A stretch of 50,739 nucleotides of DNA, from assembly GCF_001447785.1 (NCBI RefSeq), contig NW_015168723.1:248001-298739 (forward strand). The letters are read 5' to 3'. Source of the stretch: Gekko japonicus (taxonomy: Eukaryota). The first letter of the stretch is position 1; the number at the start of each line of letters is the position of its first letter. The notes under the pieces were generated by a model. The model was not told the DNA's origin and made no database searches. It saw only the letters and a list, made by a program, of their open reading frames with translations. Position numbers and translations under genes: made by a program. Positions 32,595-42,940 of the stretch are shown here, piece after piece.

Positions 32595-33825
32595 AGAACA
32601 CAAGAGAAGCCAATGTTGCATCAGGCCAATGGCCCATCCAGTCCAACAATCTTGTCACACAGTGGCCAAAAAGACCAGGTGCCATCAGGAGGCCCATCAG
32701 TGGGGCCAGGACACTAGAAGCCCTCCCACTATTGCCCCCCCAGCACCAAGAAGACAGAGCATCACTTGCCCCAGCCTGAGAGTTCCTATCTATACCTTGT
32801 GGCTAATAGCCACTGATGGACTTCTGCTCCATATCTATATATCTAATAGCCAAGGCGCCCCCTGCGTGCGGATATCTAAATCCGCACATTGGGGGCACCT
32901 AGGGGGCAAAGAGATGTTCCTGCACATTTGGGGCAATCCCCAGATGTGCAGAAAAATCTGAAAAGTTGAAAAAAATATAGGGGCGATACTTAAATCCCCC
33001 TCAAAAGTAAAAGAGCGTTCCCTGAGAACTGCCTCATCGCCACCGCTTGGGGGGGGGGAGGTCGAAGGCTTGGCAGGCCGGCGGGTGTGAGCCACTCAGC
33101 CCTCGCCACCGCCACCCCGGTTGGGAAATCTTGCTGCTAGGGGTGAGGAGAGGGAGAAGGCTTGGCGGGCTGAGCTCAGGCCTCGCCGCCGTTGCCATGG
33201 GGGGGGGGAGGTTTAGTGGGCCCAGCAGCTTGGAGCCACATGAGCCTCGCCGTTGGGGCCAGGCAGGGGCGGGGGAGGTTTGGCAGGCCAGGCGGCTTGG
33301 AGCCGCACGGCCCTTGCCATCGGGGCCGGGCAGGGGACAAGGGGAGAAGGCTTACCTGCGGCGGCTTCCTCCTCTGCATGAAGCTCCCCCCCCCCGTGAG
33401 TATCGCGGGTCGCCACTTCTTGTGCTTATCTAATTCCCTTTTGAAGCCGTCCATGCTTGTAGCCGCCACCACCTCCTGTGGCCATGAATTCCATGTGTTA
33501 ATCACTCTTTGGGTGAAGAAGGGCTTCCTTTTATCCGTTCTAACCCGACTGCTCAGCAATTTCATGGAGTGCCCACGAGTTCTTGTATTGTGAGAAAGGG
33601 AGAAAAGTACCTCTTTCTCAACCTGCTCTATCCCATGCATAATCTTGTAAACCTTGATCATGTCACCCCTCAGTCGTCGTTTCTCCAAGCTAAAGAGCCC
33701 CGAGCGCTTTAACCTTTCCTCATAGGGAAAGTGTTCCCACCCTTTTATCATTCTAGTTGCTCTTTTCTGCACTTCTTCCAATGCTATAATATCCTTTCTG
33801 AGGTGTGGTGGCCAGAACTGTCCAA
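32595..33825 (-). mobile_element. CR1 LINE fragment (32595-32833 plus 33423-33825) interrupted by a Helitron
   Basis: ORF 33176-33907 contains QFWPPHLRKDIIALEEVQKRATRMIKG...LFSLEKRRLRGDMI, i.e. CR1 ORF2. Confidence 0.9.
32834..33422 (+). mobile_element. Non-autonomous Helitron
   Basis: Starts TCTATATATCT and ends CTTG; subterminal hairpin CCCGTGA-GTA-TCGCGGG at 33393-33409; inserted between A and T of the CR1 host (CTCCATA|TGCTTATC) with no TSD. Confidence 0.8.
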
Positions 33826-34117
33826 ATGTTAGAAGGCCCAGGCAGTAGGTGATGGGGAAAACTTCAGCTGGAGACTCTGGAGAGCTGCTGCCAGTCTGAG
33901 TGAACAATACTGACCTTGGTGGATCAAAAGGTCTGACTCAGTATAAGGCAGCTTCATGAGATACTTCCCAAATCAGGTTGGGATGACTGATGGGAGACGT
34001 GGGGAAAGGGATCCATCCAGCTTTGGCTGTGAGGAGGCCCCATCTGGGCCAGGATCCTAGCCTTCCCTGGGGTTTTGTGCCCCTTTCCTTCAGATGTCCT
34101 GGTTCCTCCAAAGAGGT

Positions 34118-34415
34118 AGAAAAGAGCCAGAATCCAGGAACACCTTAAAGACTAACAAACTATGTGGCAGGGGAGGAGCTTTCCTGAGCCACTGCTCACT
34201 TCTTCAGATACTGCCAGAATGAGAGTCCATCTGTCCTGTATCACGACACTCTCCAAGATATAATGACAGATGGACTCCCATTCTAGCTGTATCCGAAGAA
34301 GTGAGCAGTGACTCACGCAAGCTCCTCCCCTGCCACAAATTGTGTTAGTCTTTAAGGTGCTACCGGACTCTTGTTCTTTTCTACTGCTACAGACAGACTA
34401 ACATGGCGACCCATC
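34118..34415. mobile_element. Penelope-like retroelement remnant arranged as an inverted repeat (related fragments at about 5060-5245, 6030-6145, 10010-10110 plus 10815-10915, 29815-29985)
   Basis: CACCTTAAAGACTAAC...AGCTTTC..TCACTTCTTCAGA arm and its reverse complement, with hammerhead-like cores typical of reptile Penelope terminal repeats. Confidence 0.7.
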
Positions 34416-37115
34416 TTGATCTACCTCCAAAGAGGAGGAGGAGGAGATTGGATTTATACCCTGCCCTTCACCACCCAAAGGAGTCTCAGAGCGGTTTACA
34501 ATTTCCTTTCCCTTCCCCTCCCCACAACAGACATCCTGCGATGTAGGTGGGGCTGAGAGAGGTCTTGAGAGAACAGCTCTGAGAGAACTATGACTGACCC
34601 GAAGTCACGCCAGCAGCTGCGAGTGGAGGAGTGGGGAATCAAACCTGGTTCTCCCAAATTAGACTCCATGCTCCTAACCCCTACACCAAACTGGCAAAGA
34701 GGGTTTGCCCTACATCAGGAGCACCAAAGCTCCAACATTTCAGACAGTTTTATGGACATGTTGGTTAAGACTCAGGGAGATCCTTCATTGCCTGGGCTGA
34801 GTTTCCCCACAATTCCATCTGGCTGAAGGCCCTTCTTGCCTTCTGCAGGCCGTGTGTTCATTTCTCTTTCAGTTGCCTATCCCGCGCTGTCTGAAAAGTG
34901 AGAAAGGCAATTGTTCACTTGGTTAAAGATATACTAGGAAAACACAGTAGACCTATGATCCATTCAAAGGAGCAGCTGCAGTGTGAGGACTGGCACTTTA
35001 ATGTGGTCACGGACTGTATTAATAAATTTGATTTGATTTGGCACTTTAGTATTCATGCGTATGTATGAATTTGAGACCCAGTCCAGGAGTAGATGTAGTC
35101 CCTGGGACACCCAGGTTTAAATCCCCCCTCTGCCATGAAATTAACTGGGCGGTATGTTCACCCCGATGACCTACCTGGCAGGGTTGTTGTGGAGATTAAA
35201 TGAGTGGGGGGAGCCAGGTGCCCCACCCTGATTCCTTGGAGGATGGATGGGATTAAAAATGTGTAGGCTGATGGCATGTCCTCTCCCCAACATGGTGCCT
35301 TGGGGTCTCTCGGCACCCACAAACCCCTTACCTGGTGCCCACCCCAGTGTTTTTAGACAGTGGGTGGAGTGGGGTGGGTCTTTTGCATGGCAGAGCTTCT
35401 AACTGGCCATTGGAAATTTGACTGGCAGTGCCGGTTTTTAAAAACGTTGCTTTGGCAGTAGCTGCCACCTCAGCACAAGGATCTTCACTGTGTGGCTGAA
35501 GGTAAGCTGCGGCAGCCATTTTGAGGCCAGCTTCACCTCCTGCGGCAGCCATTTTGTGGCTGCCTCCACCTCCTGAGGCCGCCATTTTATGCCTGTGCCC
35601 ACCACACTGTGTCAGAATTTCAGAGGTGCCCTCAGGCTTGAAAAGGTTTTGGACCCATCATCTAATGCGGAGGGACTCTGTGGAGGGAGCTGTCCCCTCA
35701 AGACTCTGGAAAACCTGAGCTAAGATGTGTGAGCCGGAGGCTAAAAAACTGTGAGCTAGCTCACACTAACTCGGCTCGAAGGGAACACTGCTACCAGTGG
35801 GGGAATAAGATCCTCCTCTGTCTTCTCCTACCGATCCAGGATAGTTTTAGGACGTGGTTGGCAAGAAGCGGCTTTCGGAAAATGCCGCCGCCAGAAGGCC
35901 TTTTGCCAGCCCCGTTAAGCAGTGGAAAGCTGAGCTGGTGGTGTTGCGCACAAAGCCCTGACAACAGGCCGACAGAGGCCGTTAGCAGTGAAAGAACGCG
36001 GAAGGCAGCAGGAAGCCGCACTGTCGGGGCAGGGTGAAAATGGAGAAGTCCTCTCTCCCCAGAAGACAAGCAAGTGGGGATAAAGGGGCTTTCGTTCTTC
36101 ATGCCGGTCTGCTGGCAGCGGTTGCTTGATAACGGCCACGTGTTTTGGGGTCTAGCGAAATGGCCGGGGCTGGAGCACCACAGCTAGTGCCAGGCAAGAC
36201 GAGAGTAACCGAAGAAGCCGTGGTGGTGGCTGGGGAAAGACGAAGAGGAAAGCCCTGAATGAGGGGCAGAGGTCTCCAGTTTGGGTGATTTGGAGAGCCA
36301 GGTTGGTGTAGTGGTTAAGTGCGCAGACTCTTATCTGGGAGAACCGGGTGTGATTCCCCACTCCTCCACTCGCAGCTGCTGGATGACCTTGGGCAAGCCA
36401 TAGTTCTCTCCGAGCTGTTCTTGAAAAACAGCAGTTTATGTCAGAGATCTCTCAGCCCCACCTACCTCACAGGGTGTCCGTTGTCTGGAGGGGAAGGGAA
36501 AGGAGATTGTAAGCCGCTCTGAGACTCCGAGGAAAGAGCGGGGTATAAATCCAATCTCCTCCTCCTCCTCTTCTTCCTCTTCTTCTTCTTCCACCTTGGG
36601 GTTCTCCAGTCTGTGCCTTATTCACACAGGCGAGAGAATGAACAGAGCCCGCCTTTCTAAAGGCACTAGATTCATAGAATACAATTGCAAACACAGCACT
36701 TACCATGACGTTTAGTTTCATATCTCAACCTGCATTCACTGTTTTGAATTAAAAGTAGTATTATAACTGAGGTGTAATCCTAAACTTTGACAGGCGTGTT
36801 AGAATATCTGATATGTATCGTGTGTGTAAACAGGCTTTGCTTATTTGTTACTTAAGTTGTAATTCCCTTGTTAGATCAATAAACGTTTATGGTATGAAAA
36901 AGAACAAAAAAACCCCAGAGCCCGAAGCAGATAGAATTAGGGTTGTCAGCACCAGGTTGGAAAATACCTGGAGATTTTGGGGGCGGAGCCTGAGGAGGGC
37001 GGGGTTTGGGGAGGGGAGGGGCTTCAGTGGGATGAATGCCATAGAGTCCACCTTCCAAAGCGGCCATTTTCTCCGGGTGAACTGATCCGTATTGCCTGGA
37101 GATCAGTTGTAATAT

Positions 37116-37147
<32 letters not shown>

Positions 37148-39752
37148 TAAATAATAGCGGGAGATCTCCAGCCACAACCTGGAGGGTGGCAACCCAGGCT
37201 CTTTTAGTAGAAAAAGCCCAGCAGGAACTCATTAGCATAATAGGCCACACCCAACAGCAGGAACTCATTAGCATATTAGGCCACATCCCTGACAGCACAG
37301 CTCATTGGCATATTAGGCCGCACCCCCATGTTACCAGAAGTGTGCTCATCCAGCCACACCCACCTTTCCCTTCTTATTCTGCTTACCTTGTTTGTTGTCA
37401 AAACCCCGGGCTTTTCTTGTAGCAGGAACTCCTTTGCATGTTAGGCCACACACCCCTAATGTAGCCAGTCCTAATGAGTTTCTGCTGTTGGGTGTGGCCT
37501 ATTATGCTAATGAGTTCCTGCTGGGCGTGGCCAACTCGTGAGCCAGCTGGAACTCCGTTCCTGTGCGTTCCTGCCCAAAAAGAGCCCTGGTGGCAACCCT
37601 AGGTAGAATGGGCTGCACCAGTTCAGAGGGGGTCCAGCACTAAGTGTTCCTTGGCACAGAAAGCTCCCCGCATATTAGACAACTAGCACAGCGGGGGGGG
37701 GGAAGGCTCTCCCTCCTCTTGTTGCTGGCTGAGCCGCTTTTCTATTTGTGGGAAGTTTTTAGGGCATCTTTTTTTTTAACACAGGAGAGCAATCCAACAT
37801 GGGGTTAGCAATGCCCCCTCTAAGGTGTGGAGTCCTGTGAGCAAAAATCCTACTTTGTGAGCTACTGGGCATTAAAGTTGTGAGCGAGCGGTTTGGCTAC
37901 GGCATAAATCAGTTTGCTCTGGAGCCCTCCTTCCTGAGCAAAGACAAAAATGTGTGAGCCGGAGGCTGAAAAACTGTGAGCTAGCTCACACTCACTCAGC
38001 TTAGAGGGAACACTGGTAGTTAGAGAGTCGGGCTAGGATCTGGGACACTCAGGCTGGAATCCCCCCTCTGCCACGGAAGCTTCGCGGGTGACCTTGGGCC
38101 AGTCATCCTCTTTCAGCCTGACCTACTTCGCAGGGCTGTTGTGAGGGGAAAATGGAGGAGAGGAGAGCTCTATAAGTCGCTTTGGGTGACCATGGGCGGA
38201 AAGGTCAGATATAAATGAAGTAAATAAAATAAAAATGTGAGTCTCCACCAGGGCTCTTTTTGTAGAAAAAGCCCAGCAGGAACTCATTAGCATAATAGGC
38301 CACATCCAACACCAGGAACTAATTAGCAGCACAGCACATTAACATATTAGGCTACACCCCCATGTTACCAGAAGTGTGGTCATCCAGCCACACCCACCTT
38401 TTGCTTCTTATTCTGTTTACCTTCCTTGTTGTTAAAACCCAGGGCCTTTTTTGTAGCAGGGACCAGTGTTCCCTCTAAGCTGAGTTAGTGTGAGCTAGCT
38501 CACAGTTTTTAAGCCTCCGGCTCACACATTTTTGTCTTGGCTCAGGAAGGATGGCTCCAGAGCAAACTAATTTATGCAGCAGCCAAATTGCTCGCTCACA
38601 AGCTTTAATGCCACTAGCTCACAAAGTAGAATTTTTGCTCACAAGACTCCACAGCTTAGAGGGAGCATTGGCAGGGACCTCTTTGCATGTTAGGCCACAC
38701 ACCCCTAATGTAGCCAATCCTAATGAGTTTCTGCTGTTGGGTGTGGCCTATTATGCTAATGAGTTCCTGCTGGGTGTGGCCAACTTGGGAGCCAGTCGGA
38801 ACTCCGTTCCTGTGCGTTCCTGCCCCAAAATAGCCCTGGTCTCCACGATCCTTCATCCATCTGCAGTCTGAAGCGCTATGGCTGCTCAGTGTTCTACTGC
38901 CGCATTGACTTAGTCTGGAGCGGGTATGTCCCCCTGGGTGTTTATATGCACCCTCAAATGACTGGAGATAGACAATACTTCTTTAGTGTTAATTCCCTCT
39001 ATTGTTCCTGGTCAAACAGGTTTTGTGGGGTGGTTTCACAGCACAGAAGTTCCCTAAAAGGCTTGCTTGCCAGATCGTATGACCACGTATACTGAACACC
39101 AACTTCACACTGCTTTGGACTCCCTGGGGAAAATATCAACCTTGTTTCCTCGCATTTGCTGTTTTTCATTTACTCATTATTGCTTAAGACCAGTGTTCCC
39201 CCCTAAGCTGAGTTAGTGTGAGCTAGCTCACAGTTTTTTTGCTTCCGGCTCACACATTTTGTCTTAGCTCAGGAAGGATGGCTCCAGAGCAAACTAATTT
39301 ATGCAGTAGCCAAATCACCTGCTCACAACTTTCATGCCAGTAGCTCACAAAGTAGAATTTTTGCTCACAAGACTCCACACCTTAGAGGGAGCATTGCTTA
39401 AGACCAGAGGTCATTGTAAGGCAAAAAAGCAGAAATACGTTGATCGGAGTGCCATACAGAATACTAAGTGTCCTCCCAAACAAACTGTGGAGAAATGCCC
39501 TTCACCCTACAATTCACCCCGGTATTTCAGCCACTGGAACTGCACTCTATAAACTGGAAGCAGCTGCAAATTGGGAGATTACATAAAGGAAAGAGTTGAA
39601 AGAAGGAGCCCTCAGACTCCAGGCACAAAGCTCTTTAGTGCTTAGAAGTGCTAATGGCCCTGGCTGAAGTGGGACATTGGGTTTCCATCTCATACTTTGC
39701 TAGAATGTCACATTTCATGGGGCAGAGAAGAAAACAGCCAAATTGCTAGAAT

Positions 39753-40079
39753 CAGAGGTCATTTCGGGGGGGATCGCGGGGGAACACAGTTCCCCCGGGT
39801 GAGGTGGGGGGCGGGGCACGCGACGAAGCCACACCCCCTGCTTCCGGCCGCCCTGCTTCCGGCCCTCATTCAGCTAGGAGGAGGCAGAAGAAGAGGGAGG
39901 GTAAGTTGCTTCCTCCCCGCCTCTCCCCACCCCTGCCTGCCTGGGACCAGGGAGGGCCTTGGCGGGGCTTCCTCGCACTCCCGCCGGCCTTGCAGGTCCA
40001 CCGCCGGGCCTTATGATGTCAGGGGGTGTGGCATATGCTAATGAGTTCCCCTAGCTCTTTTTCTACGAAACGACCCCTG
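39753..40079. mobile_element. GC-rich hAT-type MITE (partial inverted copy at about 26214-26455)
   Basis: Ends CAGAGGTCATTTCG and CGAAACGACCCCTG; perfect TSD GCTAGAAT at 39745-39752 and 40080-40087. Confidence 0.8.
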
Positions 40080-40579
40080 GCTAGAATGTATTCTCTTCTT
40101 CTGTGCAGCAGGAAGATCTGGATGACTGCAGGGGAGGGAGGGGCAGACTCTCCCAAGGGGACATTATATGTTTTCTGGATGCAGAGAAGAATATCTCTTC
40201 CATGGCTTCTGATCAGGGAGCCACATGCCATGCAGTGCTAAATTTTTGCCTGGTCCATGTGGCAAGAGACAATGGGGAGAAGTCCCAGTCAGGAGAACAA
40301 AGGGACACATGAACACACGAAGCTGTTTTATACTGAATCAGACTATAGGTCCATCAAAGTAACCATTGTCTATTCAGACTGGCAGTAGCTGTCCAGTATC
40401 TCAGGCATACATTGCTCATATCACCTACTACCTGGCCGTTTTAACTGGAGAGGCTGGGGATTGAACTTGGGACCTTCTGCATGCCAAGCAGATGCTCTAC
40501 CACTGGACCATGGCCACTCCCCAAGGTATTACTGGACTTTAAACTACTGCAACTTTGAGTACTACTACCCTGTCCTATG

Positions 40580-40741
40580 ACAGACAGACAGACAGACAAC
40601 CTTTACTGGCATGTAAGAGATAAGATAACATTAAAATTTAGGAATACAGCAAAGGTATGGCTGTCGAACAGCCAACAAAAAAGAACTGATCAATTAATAG
40701 TTTCCCTGGTTCGAATTACAGATTGAAGAAAACAAGCAACA
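40580..40741 (-). mobile_element. Short 5'-truncated non-LTR retroposon end with a (TCTG)n tail
   Basis: 14-bp direct repeat TACCCTGTCCTATG at 40566-40579 and 40742-40755. Confidence 0.6.
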
Positions 40742-42497
40742 TACCCTGTCCTATGTAAACATCACTGAAGTACCAACTGTAGAGGGAAAGGGTACTGTAC
40801 ATTTTCATCCTTTCTTTTTCCCCTTGTTCAGCCTGAATGCTTGAACAGACTATGTGTATTATTTTTATCTGTTTATTAAGCTTTCTTGTATTTTGAATGC
40901 TCTAAGCCTGATCTCTAGAAACAAACCATGCCTATTCAGTCTTGCTATCTGTAGTGCGATAACAGGGAGGGGCAGTGGGTAAGCTTGTCATCCTTGGAGC
41001 ACAATTGTTTGAAATGGCATATTAGTGATAGATTGCCCCCGTGCTAATTTATAGGAGTGTAGCAACTCGGCGGAGCCTCTAAAGGGTAGTGCAGGTACAG
41101 AACTCTAAGTGTGCAACTCCATTTAGTGGGAGCTACTTTCAATGTCTTTGGTAGCAGCAGTTGATAGCCTGGTTATTGTTGGTACCCTCCGGGAGTAAAG
41201 GAAAGAGGTGGCATTGTCAAGCAGAGACTTAGGACAGCCACAAGGTTCTCCACCCTACTGGGGACCAAACCAAAGGAAAGGTTGGGGGGGAGTGCTTGAG
41301 GGTTCATTCATGAACAAAAACTGGAATAGGGGGGGAAAGGACACCTTGATGGTGGCAAGGACGTTCAGAACTCCCAAGGCAACCTCAAATAAACAGTGTT
41401 TGGAGCAAAATACCACGCTTTATTGTGCAAAATTCCATCTTTGTTTTCTGGCCCGAGGATGCTTATGGTGCAATTTTTTAAAAAATCTGATAACACATTT
41501 TCTCAAAGTCAATCCTAACCGCCATTCTAAGGAGAACACCTGCAAGTAATATGTCCTTAAGAGACAGATACAATGTGCAATTTAATACAGAAACTCTTAT
41601 ATTTGACTGGAGAAACTGATGCAACCTTTCCCACTGGCTACTTTCACTCAAAATCGTACTCCTTCAATTGCTTTTCCACCCTCGTAAAGGAGTACCCTAT
41701 GCTTTAATTTATTTTTCTGCTCAAAATCCACCCCCCAGCTCTGTTCAGACAGACAGACAGACAGATAGATAGACAGAGTAAGTCAGTTGGTGTAGTGGTT
41801 AGAGTGTGATAGATGGGTGAGTGGGTGGACGGATAGAAGAAGAAGAAGAAGATTGGATTTATACCTCGCTCTTCACTCAGAATCTCAGAGCAGCTTACAA
41901 ACTCCTTTCCCTTCCCCTCCCCACAACAGACACCCTGTGAGGTAGGTGGGGCTGAGAGAGCTCTTTCCAGAACTGTCCTTGAGACAACAGCTCTGACAGA
42001 ACTATGGCTTGCCCAGGGTCATCCAGCAGCTGCGAGTGAAGGAGTGGGGAATCAAACCCGGTTCTCCCAGATTANNNNNNNNNNNNNNNNNNNNNNNNNN
42101 NNNNNNNNNNNNNNNNNNNNNNNNNNNNNNNNNNNNNNNNNNNNNNNNNNNNNNNNNNNNNNNNNNNNNNNNNNNNNNNNNNNNNNNNNNNNNNNNNNNN
42201 NNNNNNNNNNNNNNNGTGGTTAGAATGTGATGGATGGATGGATGGATGGATGGAATCTTTCTCTTATGCGTGTCTGCCATATCACATCTACGTACCCCCA
42301 ACCCTCAACCCACCTGAGGAGACTAAGGCCGGGCTGAAATTGGCTAGTCCCATTTCAGCTTCTGGGCAAGACACAGCGAAGTAACAAAAGTTCCACCAAA
42401 CAGTTCCATCGCTTTGGTCCTGACCCTACGGGGCACATCAACCGTGGCCCTTGTTTGGCGATACGTTGTGACAACGGTCTCTTCCCGTCTGTTTTAG

Positions 42498-42940
42498 GCA
42501 TTTCCCCCGGAGACATCCTGGCTCCCACGTTGTACCACGGCTATTACATCCGGCCTCGGATCAACAAGCAGCTCGACCGCGGGATCTCGGAGGTCACCCT
42601 CAACGACCACAAATTCCAGGTCTTCCTCGACGTCTGCCACTTCACCCCCGACGAGATCGCCATCCGCACGGTGGACAACCTCCTGGAGGTGACAGCTCAG
42701 CACTCGCAGAAAGCCGACCGACACGGCTTCATCTCCCGGGAGTTCACCAGGACCTACATCCTCCCCTTGGACGCCGACCCTTTGCTGGTCAAAGCCACGG
42801 TGACCCATGACGGCATCCTGAGCATAGAGGCCCCGCGGACAGGGGAGGAAAGGAAAGCCAAGGTCATGGATGTGAAAATCACGTGCCAAGAAGAGCCGGC
42901 GGGGCACGAGGGGAACTCCAAGGAGAAGTCCCAGTCCTGA
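42498..42940 (+). CDS. HSPB2: HSPB2 exon 2 (alpha-crystallin domain)
   Basis: Acceptor ctgttttag ends at 42497 and is phase-1 compatible. PTLYHGYYIRPR...FLDVCHFTPDEI.IRTVDNLLEV...RHGFISREF.RTY.LP...HDGIL.IEAPR matches HSPB2. TGA ends at 42940; 178 aa in total. Confidence 0.96.

Noticed and set aside
33176-33907. 243-aa ORF as a host gene
   Set aside because: A chimera of SINE, CR1 ORF2 C-terminus and Helitron sequence.
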